Under the pieces are notes generated by a model. The model saw only the letters and a list, made by a program, of their open reading frames with translations. It did not search any database and was not told the origin of the DNA. From assembly GCA_026914155.1 (NCBI GenBank), contig JAPPGH010000039.1, positions 63,351-127,350 on the forward strand: 64,000 nt of DNA, in the 5' to 3' direction. The DNA is from Candidatus Palauibacter rhopaloidicola. Its GTDB lineage: Bacteria; Gemmatimonadota; Gemmatimonadetes; Palauibacterales; Palauibacteraceae. A program made the translations under genes and the position numbers. Shown here piece by piece: positions 27,863 through 37,400 of this stretch (positions are counted from its first letter, which is position 1; each line of letters opens with the position of its first letter).

Positions 27863-28969
27863 CTACGCGGGTCCTCCGCGCCCCCCGGTTTCGCCCTGGT
27901 ACAGCCTGTACATCCCGATCGTGAGCAGCGGAAGCACGAAGATGAAGAGGAATGCCCAGCTCAGGGCGCCGTAGCCGGTGGCGATAAGGTCGATGATCCC
28001 GAACCTCGAGAGGAGCGAGGCGAGGATCAGGAGCAGCACCGCCACGGCGGGTCGCAGCGCCGGGGGCATGCGGGTCCGGCGCGCCGCGAACACGCCTGCC
28101 ACCCGCTCGTTGAACGCGTGGATCACGCCGGTCCCGGATTCGATGAGGGTGCCGAAGAGGACGACCTGGAAGGCGATCTGGAACCCCCGCGACCCGAGCA
28201 GTTCGAGGAGATGGTTGGCGGGCACCGGGCGGTCCAGGATGCCCGGGTACTGCCCCGCCATCGCCACGAGGAAGAGGACGCCCGGGATGATGGCGATGGG
28301 TCCCGTGAGGGCGCCGGCCCACAGCGCTTCCCGCCGCCGCCGGATGTGGCGCGTCGCGAAGAGCATCGCCGGCACGAGCGACACCTGGAGCACTCCGTAG
28401 CGGAACCCGGAGAGCGCCCAGCCCTCCCGGACCTCGCCCGACGCGAAGGCCGCTCCGATCGCATCCCCGAAGGCGCCGATGGACCAGGCGAAGAACACCA
28501 GGTAGACGCCGTAGAGGATGAACGACCAGCCCGACAGGAAGCGCTCGATCGCGTCGGTCCCCTTGAAGACGAGGAAACCGACGGTGACGAGGAGCCCGGC
28601 CACGCCGGCCGCGTACGGCAGCCCGAACGTCTCGAGCAGGAACGTCCCCGCCGCGGAGCCGATCACGGCCAGGATGAGGAGGACGGCCGCAAGATACCCG
28701 ATCTCGTACACGAACCAGCCGCGCCCGAGCAGGCGCTGGAAGAACGTTCGGTAGTCGTACGTCCCGAAGACGCGCACGAACTCGAATGACGCCATGGCGG
28801 TGACGCTGACGAGGATCGTGGACGGGAGGAGCATCCCCAGAAGTCCGCCCAGCGGACCGAAACGGAGAAAGAACTCCACGAGTTCGCGCCCCGTCCCGTA
28901 CCCGCCCGCGATGATGATGGACTGGAAGACGAACCCCGGCAGCAGATACCGCCGAAACCACGAAGTCAT
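27863..28969 (-). CDS. YkvI-like integral membrane protein (putative transporter)
   Basis: IIAGGYGTGRELVEFF motif, about 10 TM segments. Confidence 0.75.
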   Translation of the reverse strand: MTSWFRRYLLPGFVFQSIIIAGGYGTGRELVEFFLRFGPLGGLLGMLLPSTILVSVTAMASFEFVRVFGTYDYRTFFQRLLGRGWFVYEIGYLAAVLLILAVIGSAAGTFLLETFGLPYAAGVAGLLVTVGFLVFKGTDAIERFLSGWSFILYGVYLVFFAWSIGAFGDAIGAAFASGEVREGWALSGFRYGVLQVSLVPAMLFATRHIRRRREALWAGALTGPIAIIPGVLFLVAMAGQYPGILDRPVPANHLLELLGSRGFQIAFQVVLFGTLIESGTGVIHAFNERVAGVFAARRTRMPPALRPAVAVLLLILASLLSRFGIIDLIATGYGALSWAFLFIFVLPLLTIGMYRLYQGETGGRGGPA

Positions 28970-30766
28970 CTAACGCTGATCCCGAGGGTGCCCGAGCGGC
29001 TCACGGCGATACTCGACCAGCGCCGACCGGCCGATGAACTTGAGCAACCGGACCCAGCGCTCCCTCCCATCGACATCCTCCAAGTGAAGTTCAACCTCCG
29101 GCCGAATGTACAGGGGCCGATGCGCTTCCCCAGTGACCTCTCCGTTGACGGCGATGTTATCGGCCCGGATGTGTGCCGCTCCGAGCGACGAGCCGAACGC
29201 CGCGACGAAGGGTGACGAGAAGCTGCCGCCGGCGATGGTCACGCGCCCCGCCAGACCCGGAATGTTCCCTGAACCCTGCGGAAAGATGGCGCTGCCGCCT
29301 CCCGAGAGCCGGGCGAGGTCAGCCGCAATCGCCCGCTCCGCCGGGAACCAATCGCACTCCAGCCATGCCTCGAAGCCCGGAGCGGCCACAAAAAGCGTCA
29401 ATGGCAGCACCAGCGGCAGACTCGGCGCCGGACTCGGTGGCGGATGACGAGCGTCCAGTGCCAGGATCGCCTCGCCTCGGGCGTCGGTCCTCGCGGACTT
29501 CCACCTCATATTCGGATGATTCGGAGACACCGCAAGGACATCCGCAGCAGCGAGCGGTCGTCCTCTCGAGACTACTTGAACGACGCCGGCCGCGTCGCGC
29601 AGGGACGCGGCCCGGACCATCCGCCATGGCAGGAGTTCGCCATCGGCCCACCGCTCGCGCTCATCGCCCCCGTACACGACGACCGGATCACTGGCGGGCG
29701 GCTCCCGGAGGTGGTCTCCTACGCGCCGCACGGTGCGCAACATGTCCGAGGCGGGGGCAGCCACGGCTCTCGCCTCGAGCAGGGTTCTTCCCCTCGCGTT
29801 CTCGATCACCAGATCCGCCTCTACGCCGTTCGCGTCGCGGTAGTAGGTCAAGTCGCGCTGTCCGAGACCCAGGTTGGCCCGGTTCTTCCACGCTTCCGAG
29901 ACTACCCAGGTCTCGAAGATGGGGTTACGCAGCGGATGAGAGCGCAGGTGGCGCAGGTCGTGGATGCCCAGGAGCCAGCAGGCCAGACCGGTGTCGCAGA
30001 AGTAGAGCTTCGGCGCTTTCGCGAGACGCTTGCGGACGTCGTCGTGGAACGCGGGCAGACGAAAGACGATGAAGCTCGTCTCAAGGACATCGATCCATCG
30101 CTTGGCTGTCGGTTGGGTGATGCCGCAGTCGCTGGCAAGCGACGAGTAGTTGAGGAGTTGCCCGGTGCGGCTCGCGCACGAGCCGACGAATCGCTGAAAG
30201 GCCGGAACGTCGCGGACGTTCAGGATCGTGCGAAGATCGCGCTCCAGGTATGTACCGATGTACGCGCGGAGCCATGCGGTTGGATCGAGTGCATGATCGT
30301 GAACTTGCGGATAGCCCCCGGTGAAGAGCGCTTCATCGAGATTGTCTGGGGGGTGGGCGAAGCGTCGGATTTCTCCCCATGTCAGCGGCAGCAGTTCGTG
30401 TAGTTCGGTGCGCCCGGCCAGCGATTGACCCATGGACTCCAGGAGCAGCCGGTCCTGGCAACCGGCGAGGATCCAGCGGCCCGGCACCGGGTCGTCATCA
30501 ACGATGCCCCGCAGGTAGGGCAGCAGGTTCGGCGCACGTTGGATCTCGTCGATGATCGTGCGCTCCGGGAGTTCTCTGAGGAAGTGGTGTGGGTCGTCCA
30601 GTGCGAACGCCCTCGCGTCCGGCCCTTCCAGCGTCAGGTAGGTGTGCTCAGGGAACAGCGCCCGGCACAGCGTCGTCTTCCCACTCTGCCTCGGCCCCGT
30701 GAGCGTTACGACGGGCATGTTTTCCGCAGCCCGTCTGAGCGATGGTGCGATATCTCGGACAATCAT
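28970..30766 (-). CDS. AAA_14 ATPase with DUF4143 domain and extra C-terminal domain
   Basis: GPRQSGKT, IIDEIQ, SLAGR, KAPKLYFCDTGL, YYRDANGVEAD. Confidence 0.85.
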   Translation of the reverse strand: MIVRDIAPSLRRAAENMPVVTLTGPRQSGKTTLCRALFPEHTYLTLEGPDARAFALDDPHHFLRELPERTIIDEIQRAPNLLPYLRGIVDDDPVPGRWILAGCQDRLLLESMGQSLAGRTELHELLPLTWGEIRRFAHPPDNLDEALFTGGYPQVHDHALDPTAWLRAYIGTYLERDLRTILNVRDVPAFQRFVGSCASRTGQLLNYSSLASDCGITQPTAKRWIDVLETSFIVFRLPAFHDDVRKRLAKAPKLYFCDTGLACWLLGIHDLRHLRSHPLRNPIFETWVVSEAWKNRANLGLGQRDLTYYRDANGVEADLVIENARGRTLLEARAVAAPASDMLRTVRRVGDHLREPPASDPVVVYGGDERERWADGELLPWRMVRAASLRDAAGVVQVVSRGRPLAAADVLAVSPNHPNMRWKSARTDARGEAILALDARHPPPSPAPSLPLVLPLTLFVAAPGFEAWLECDWFPAERAIAADLARLSGGGSAIFPQGSGNIPGLAGRVTIAGGSFSSPFVAAFGSSLGAAHIRADNIAVNGEVTGEAHRPLYIRPEVELHLEDVDGRERWVRLLKFIGRSALVEYRREPLGHPRDQR

Positions 30767-30793
30767 GGGATGAATCAGCGCCCCTGCGTTGGC

Positions 30794-30830
30794 TTAAGCC
30801 AATTGAAAATTCAATTTTGAATTGTCTTAA
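30794..30830. promoter_or_regulatory. 37-bp AT-rich imperfect palindrome upstream of the AAA ATPase gene
   Basis: TTAAGCCAATTGAAAATT-C-AATTTTGAATTGTCTTAA; strongly AT-rich against the background. Confidence 0.6.
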
Positions 30831-30924
30831 CGCTGTAGAGGGAGATCAGTTGTCACAACATCGGCGGGCAGGAGCCTCAGATTGCATCCCCTCGGGTGGG
30901 CGGGGCGGGTGCCCCGTCCGGTTG

Positions 30925-30954
30925 CCGGGGGAGCGGCTACCGGGGGAGCGGCTA
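30925..30954. repeat. 15-bp tandem duplication at the PLD stop codon
   Basis: CCGGGGGAGCGGCTA x2. Confidence 0.7.
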
Positions 30955-32163
30955 CCGCCGGCCTGGCTTCGCGGGGCCGTCGTGCCAGGACGCGAGGGGG
31001 ATCGGGCTCGGGCGGCGCTCGCGTACCGAGGGGGAGAGCAGCTCCAGCACGCGCATCGAGATACCGCCCAGGCGCTCGCGCCAGCGCTGGCGGCGCTCCT
31101 TCGCCGGCTCCCCGCGCGCGAGATCGGGCTCGAGTATGCGCTCTCCGATCTCGCGGACGAGACCGGGCGCGCTCGTGATGAGGACGACTTCGGGCTGCAT
31201 GCGAAAGCTCACGTAATCGAAGTTCGCCGAACCGAGCACGACCGTGTCGTCGATCCGCATCACCTTCGCGTGCGTCATGGGGCCGGGCAGCATGAGGATC
31301 TCGAAGCCTTCGCGTCGCGACGCGTCGAGCGTGCCCCATTTCATGACGGCCCGGTTGTGATCCTCCGGCATCATCACCGTGACGTGCACGCCGCGGCGGT
31401 GCGCCCGGCCGAGGGCGCTCCAGAACGGCTCGCTGATGTACGGACACTGGACGACGATCCGGTCGGTCGCCCGGTCGAGCGCGCGCGAGACCGTTTCGCG
31501 CAGCCCGGGGTTGCCCCGGCCTTCGCCGACCACGATCTCGTCGCCGTCGATCTCCGCTGCGGCCGCCCGGTCGTGCCCCCGCCACGTGTGCTCGAAGTCC
31601 TGGCGCAGGAAGGCCGCGATCCCCGGGCTCTCGATCCGGACCATGAAATCGTGCCAGGCGAAGTTGTGCTCGCTGAAGTTGATCCCGCCCAGGTAGGCGA
31701 TCCGGTCGTCGATCGCGACCAGCTTCTTGTGATTGCGGGCGATGAGCCGATGAAACCGCCATCCCACGGGCCACGTGAACCGGACGGGCACCCCACCGCG
31801 TTCCAGCCGGTCGCACATCTCGCCGGTGGCCGCGACCTCGCGCTGCAGTACCGGGTCGCGCCGCGCGCGCGGCAGACCGATGAACCGGTCGTTGATCAGG
31901 TACTTCGTCACGGCGTCGGCGACGATGCGCTTCTGCGGCGCCTCACAGGCCAGCAGGGCTTCCGTCAGGCCGAGCCCGGCCGCGTCGCCCTCGAAGGAGA
32001 GCGTCTGTATGTAGACGTAGTCGCGCGCCCCGCGGATGTCGCGTTCGAGGTGTTTCCAGAACTCGGCCCCCCCGAGGCAGAGTCGCATCGAACCGGGCGC
32101 GGGCCGCCGCCCCGCCGAAGGCCCCGCACCCGTCGCGGGCGTCCACGCGCCGGTCCCCCTCAT
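30952..32163 (-). CDS. Cardiolipin synthase-like phospholipase D
   Basis: Two HKD motifs (HKKLVAID..GGIN; HAKVMRID..GSAN); ATGA overlap at 32160-32163 (alternative start 32088). Confidence 0.85.
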   Translation of the reverse strand: MRGTGAWTPATGAGPSAGRRPAPGSMRLCLGGAEFWKHLERDIRGARDYVYIQTLSFEGDAAGLGLTEALLACEAPQKRIVADAVTKYLINDRFIGLPRARRDPVLQREVAATGEMCDRLERGGVPVRFTWPVGWRFHRLIARNHKKLVAIDDRIAYLGGINFSEHNFAWHDFMVRIESPGIAAFLRQDFEHTWRGHDRAAAAEIDGDEIVVGEGRGNPGLRETVSRALDRATDRIVVQCPYISEPFWSALGRAHRRGVHVTVMMPEDHNRAVMKWGTLDASRREGFEILMLPGPMTHAKVMRIDDTVVLGSANFDYVSFRMQPEVVLITSAPGLVREIGERILEPDLARGEPAKERRQRWRERLGGISMRVLELLSPSVRERRPSPIPLASWHDGPAKPGRR

Positions 32164-33236
32164 GCCGCTGCCCCCTTCTCCTCGGCCCGGACGTCGGCGA
32201 CGTGTCGCCGCGCCTCGGCGAAGAGCACGAACGCCCCCAGCCCCGTCCCGAAAAACGTCGTGAGCAGCCGCCAGCCCACGACCCACAGCACCGTCACCTC
32301 GGCGAGCAGCACCCGGTTCATCATCAGCCCCGTCGAGGCCTCGGCGACGCCCGAAGCTCCGGGTGTCGGCGAGAAGTAGAGGACGATGTGCTGCAGGAGC
32401 TGGAGTCCGATGAAGGAGAAGTCGACCGATCCCTGCAGCGCCGCCGCGAGGACGTAGCCCATGAAGTACTTGTTGAGGTAGAGGACAGCGGTCGCGAGGC
32501 ACACCCATACGAGCGTCACCTTGCCGCGCGACGCGACGGCCCGGACTCCGGAGGTCAGCCGTTCGATCTCACGGCTCAGCAGCCGTCGCCCCGCCGCCGC
32601 CCAGCGCCGGACCCGCGTCCCCCGCCTTGAAACCGCGTTGAGCGAGCGTCGGAGCAGCCGAACGGTTCGCCGCTGGGCCGCGACGGCCGAAATCAGCAGC
32701 CCGGCCAGCATCGCAATGACCGCCACCGCGACGACGAGCGCGATCAGCACGCCGCGCGACACGGCCTCGCCGGGCAGGAAGGCCAGCGCGGCGAGGCCGC
32801 CGAGCGAGAAAAAGAGCAGCGTGGCGACGAACGTCAGCAGTGAGCAGAGAATCGCCTCGGACAGGCGCGCTCCGCGCCGGCACAGCACGTAGAGTTGCGC
32901 CGCGCCGCCGCCCGTCTGCGCCGGCGTGATCGCGCCCAGCAGCATGTTCGCCCAGTTCGCCCGCATGCAGTGCCAGAGCGAGACGTGCGAGAAGATGCGG
33001 CCGTCGAGGAGCAGGCGGTATCGGACGCCGCCCAGCGTAAAATCCAGCGCGAGCAGGGCCAGCAGGGCGACGGCGAATTCCGGGGTGATGCGGGCGAGGA
33101 TGCTGTCGAGTTCCGAGGGAGGGCGCCACCGGACGAGCGCCACGAGTCCCAGCGCGGTGAGCCCGCCGAACGCGAGCGCGCCGACGATGAGCTTGCTTCG
33201 CGCGGGAATGGGGGAACTCGGTTGGGGACTCGCCAC
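32160..33236 (-). CDS. Lysylphosphatidylglycerol synthase TM (flippase-like) protein
   Basis: ITPAQTGG, PTPGASGVAE, WRLLT motifs. Confidence 0.8.
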   Translation of the reverse strand: MASPQPSSPIPARSKLIVGALAFGGLTALGLVALVRWRPPSELDSILARITPEFAVALLALLALDFTLGGVRYRLLLDGRIFSHVSLWHCMRANWANMLLGAITPAQTGGGAAQLYVLCRRGARLSEAILCSLLTFVATLLFFSLGGLAALAFLPGEAVSRGVLIALVVAVAVIAMLAGLLISAVAAQRRTVRLLRRSLNAVSRRGTRVRRWAAAGRRLLSREIERLTSGVRAVASRGKVTLVWVCLATAVLYLNKYFMGYVLAAALQGSVDFSFIGLQLLQHIVLYFSPTPGASGVAEASTGLMMNRVLLAEVTVLWVVGWRLLTTFFGTGLGAFVLFAEARRHVADVRAEEKGAAA

Positions 33237-33377
33237 TCGTCCTTTCCTGGGGCCGGAGTAATCGCGCGCACAACCTATCGGAGGGAGTTCCGAAGGGACT
33301 ACTACGCCTCGCGACGGGCGGTGAGATTCAGGGAGCCCGCGCGACCGTGAGCCGAGCGGGCGGTGTGCGCTGCATGC

Positions 33378-34289
33378 CTACATGCCGGCGCCCGCGATGG
33401 CCTCGCGGATCTTCTCGACGGTGAGCGCGGTCCGGTACGCCTGGAGCTTGAGGCCGACCTCGATCGTCTTCTCCCTGGGGGCGATCGGGACGCCGTTGAT
33501 CTTCGCGAGCCCCGCCTTCACGCGCTGGTCGTAGCGGACCACGGTGGGGTCGACCGTCATCATCAGACTCGTGATGCCGAAGCTGTCGTGAATGCCGTCG
33601 TTCTCCGTCTCCACGATCCCCAGCTCGGATTCGAGGAAGTCCCCGCCTCCGTATCGGTAGTACTCGGGGATGTGATGGGCGTGGGCGTCGTCCCAGCGCT
33701 CGTTGAGGCGCGCCGCGACGTTGGCCATCCCCTGCACGTTGCCGCCGCTGTCGCCGATGAAGACGATGTGCTCGAAGCCGTGTGCCCTCAGGCTCGACGC
33801 GACGTCATCGAGCACCGCCTCGAAGGTCTCCTGGCGGAGCGAGATCGTGCCGGGGTAGCGCATGTGGCCGGAGGGTTCGTCGATGTCCCCTTCGGGAACG
33901 AGCTTCACGATCGGCGCGCAGAGCGCCTTGCCCAGCTCGCGGGCGATGGCCTCGCACGTCCCCTGCAACACGTAGTTGTGCTTCCCCGTCGCGACGTACG
34001 GCCCGTTCTGCTCGATCCCGCCCGTGGAGATGATCGCGATGTTGTAGCCATCGGCCATCATATCGCGGACTTCCATCCAAGTGAGTTCCTCGATCCAGAT
34101 CGAGTCGAACATCTCGATCGGGCGTTCCGAGACGAGTTCGGAGTCGATCCGGGCCTCGTATTCCGCCATGAGACGGGCGCGCTCCTCCGGCGTCATCTCC
34201 CGGTTCTGCGCCGCAGCTCCGGCCGGGACTGCGAGGGGGATCGCGAGCAGGGCGATCAGGACGGTCAGCCTCGAACGGGCGTGCGACAT
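33378..34289 (-). CDS. Secreted creatininase-family amidohydrolase
   Basis: Signal peptide ending AAAQ; GGIEQNGPY, PGTISL, GDSGGN, DGIHD; RBS AGGAGGA. Confidence 0.85.
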   Translation of the reverse strand: MSHARSRLTVLIALLAIPLAVPAGAAAQNREMTPEERARLMAEYEARIDSELVSERPIEMFDSIWIEELTWMEVRDMMADGYNIAIISTGGIEQNGPYVATGKHNYVLQGTCEAIARELGKALCAPIVKLVPEGDIDEPSGHMRYPGTISLRQETFEAVLDDVASSLRAHGFEHIVFIGDSGGNVQGMANVAARLNERWDDAHAHHIPEYYRYGGGDFLESELGIVETENDGIHDSFGITSLMMTVDPTVVRYDQRVKAGLAKINGVPIAPREKTIEVGLKLQAYRTALTVEKIREAIAGAGM

Positions 34290-34332
34290 GGTTCTCCTCC
34301 TGTTTCCTCGTGCCGGACCGGAATCGGCCGAA

Positions 34333-34360
34333 CCGGTTTGGCCGGACCGGTTTGGCCGGA
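34333..34360. repeat. 14-bp tandem repeat in divergent intergenic region
   Basis: CCGGTTTGGCCGGA x2. Confidence 0.7.
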
Positions 34361-34471
34361 CTACAACCGCGTGGTATTTCACGTCATATTTCGGGTGACA
34401 CTGCTTTCGGGTACCACTGCGGCGAACAAATGTCCGGTGCGGGGAAGCCGGCCGGCAAGGGGACCACAACC

Positions 34472-37400
34472 ATGGCGGATCGAAACGGGCGGCGGGCCGA
34501 GCCGGTCGCGATCATCGGGATGGCGTGCCGCTTCCCCGGCGCGTCGGGCATTCCCGCCTTCTGGCGCCTGCTCGAGGAGGGCGGAAACTCCGTCCAGGAA
34601 GGGGTTCCGGGGTCCGGCGTGGGGCGCTGGGGCCAGATCTTCGGGGACAACGCGGTCCTGAGCGATGGCTGCCGATTCGGCGCCTTCGTGGACGACATCG
34701 ACCTGTTCGACGACGCGTTCTTCAGGATCTCGCCGGTCGAGGCGGAACTGCTGGACCCGCAGCAGCGCATGATGCTGGAGACGACCTGGGAGGCGCTCGA
34801 GGACGCGGGGATCGATCCAGACGGGTTGAGGGAGACGCTTACGGGCGTCTACACGGGGATCAGCAACGACGAGTACCGGATGCTCGTCGTGGACTCGAGC
34901 AAGCCCGCCGAGGCGGCCAGCTGTCTCTACGCGCTCAGCGGCACGAACCTGAACGGCACGAGCGGCCGGGTCTCCTTCGTGCTCGGGCTCCGGGGGCCGG
35001 CGAAGGCGGTAGACGCCGCGTGCGCCTCCTCCATGGTCTCGGTCCACGACGCGGTGGCGGACCTGCAGCAGGGCAGGGCGGACCTGGCCATCGCGGGCGG
35101 CGTGCAGGCGATCCTCAACGGCCGCATCTACGAACTCCGCGCGGACGCGATGATGCTGTCGCCGGATGGGCAGTGCAAGACCTTCGACGCGTCGGCGAAC
35201 GGATACGTGCGGGGCGAAGGCTGCGGGGTCGTCGTCCTCAAGCGGCTGAGCGAGGCGGCGGCGGACGGCGACCGGATCTGGGCCGTGATTCGCGGCTCGG
35301 CGGTGAACCACGGCGGGGCGAGCACGGGGCTCACGGTGCCGCACACGCCGGCGCTGGAAGAGGTGATGGAGACGGCGCTGGCGGATGCGGGCGTCTCTCC
35401 CCTCGAGGTCGATTACCTGGAGGCGCACGGGACGGGCACCACGGTGGGCGACCCGATCGAGGCCAACGCGGTGGTCGCGGTCTACGGGAAGGGCCGGAAC
35501 GCCGACAACCCCCTTCTCATGGGCTCGGTGAAGACGAACATCGGGCACCTGGAATCGGCGGCGGGCGTGGCGGGCGTGATCAAGGCGGCGCTGGTCCTGC
35601 ACCGCGGCGTGATCCCGAAGCACCTCCATTTCCACGATCCCAACCCGAGTCTCGACTGGGATCGTCTCCCGCTGCGCGTGACCTCGTCGATGACGGAGTG
35701 GCCGAGCGGCACGGAAGGGCCCCGACGCGCGGGGGTCAACTCGTTCGGTATTTCGGGGACGAACGCCCATCTCGTGATGGAGGAATACCGCGTCCCGGAC
35801 GAGGCCCCGGACGAAGCCCGGGCCGATGGGGGCTGGGTCGCGGGCGCCGGACGGCCCGTGGCCGTTTCCATGTCGGCGACGGTCGCGGACGTGCCGGTCC
35901 CGGAGGGCGTCGGCCCGCGCGCGTCGCGTCTGCTTCCGCTGTCGGGCAAGTCGGAGGGGGCGCTCCGCGACCTTGCCGAACGGTACGTGTCCTGGCTGGA
36001 CGAGCACGCCGCAGAACCTTCGTTCGGGGGCCTCGCCTCGGGCCCTCTCCTCTCCGATATGGCGTGGACGGCGGGTGTAGGACGGAGCCACTTCGACCAC
36101 CGCGCGGGCGTCGCCTTCCGCGACGCGGCGTCGCTGCGGGAGCGACTTCTCGCGCTGGCCGCGGCGGATGGGGGCGCTTCGGCGGGAGCGCCGGCCCGGG
36201 TGGCCTTCGCCTACACGGGGCAGGGGAGCCAGTGGGCCGGCATGGGAGCGGCACTCTACGAGAGCGAGCCCGTGGCGCGGGCCGTGCTGGACCGCTGCGA
36301 GGCGGTCTTTGTCGAGGAGAGAGGCGTGTCGCTGCTCGACGTGATGTTCGGCCGACCCGGTGGGACCGGTGATTTGGGGGACACGGCGTGGGAGCAGCCG
36401 GCGCTCTACGCGCTGGAGTGTGCGCTGACGGCGCTGTGGGAGAGTCTCGGCGTCCGTCCCCACGTGGTCATCGGGCACAGCATCGGCGAACTCGCGGCGT
36501 CGCAGGCGGCGGGCGTGTTCTCGCTCGAGGACGGGATGCGTTTCGCCGCGGCGCGCGGGGCGCTGATGTCGCGCATGGACGAAGGCGGCATGGCGGCGGT
36601 GTTCGCGGCCCCGGAGCAGGTGGCGTCGGCGGTCGAGGCGGTGAACGCGGCGGCGTCCGGCGTCGGACTGAGTATCTCGGGCTACAACGGCAGCCACCAG
36701 GTCGTGAGCGGGCCGGTGGCGGACATCGAGGCCATCTCGAAGCGATTCGAGGAAGAGGGCGTCCGGGTCCGTCGTCTGAACACGAAGCGGGCGTTCCACA
36801 GCGCCCTCGTCGATCCCATCCTGGACGAACTCGCGGCCTCGCTCGACGGGGCCGCGATCGAAGCTCCGTCCCTCACCGTCGTCAGCAACCTCACGGGCCG
36901 GGCGGTGGAAGCCGGGCAGACACTGGACGGGGCCTACTGGCGGCGGCACGCGCGCGAGCCGGTGGCCTTCGCCCAGGGCGTCCGGACGCTGGCGGACCTC
37001 GGCGTCGACCTGGTGCTCGAGATCGGTCCCCGATCGCTGCTGGCCCCGATGGCCGCCTCCGCCTGGCCGGAGCCGTCACAGGCGCCGGCTCCGGCGGTCC
37101 TGTCCAGCCTCACCGCGCCACCGGCCGATGCACCCGATACGCAGGAGGCGGACGGGTTCGTGGAGGCGGTCGGCGCGGCGTACGAAGCGGGCCTCCCGAT
37201 TCGCTTCGCCGGGCTCTTCGCCGGGGAGACGCGGAGACGGATCTCGCTCCCCAGCTACCCGTTCCAGCGCGTCCGCCACTGGCTCGCGCCGCCGAAACGC
37301 CGTCGCGGTAGCGCGGGCCACCCGCTGCTGGGCGCCCGCCACGAGTCGGCCCGCGGCGAGATCGCCTTCGAGACGGACGTATTCCCCGCGGATCCGTCCT

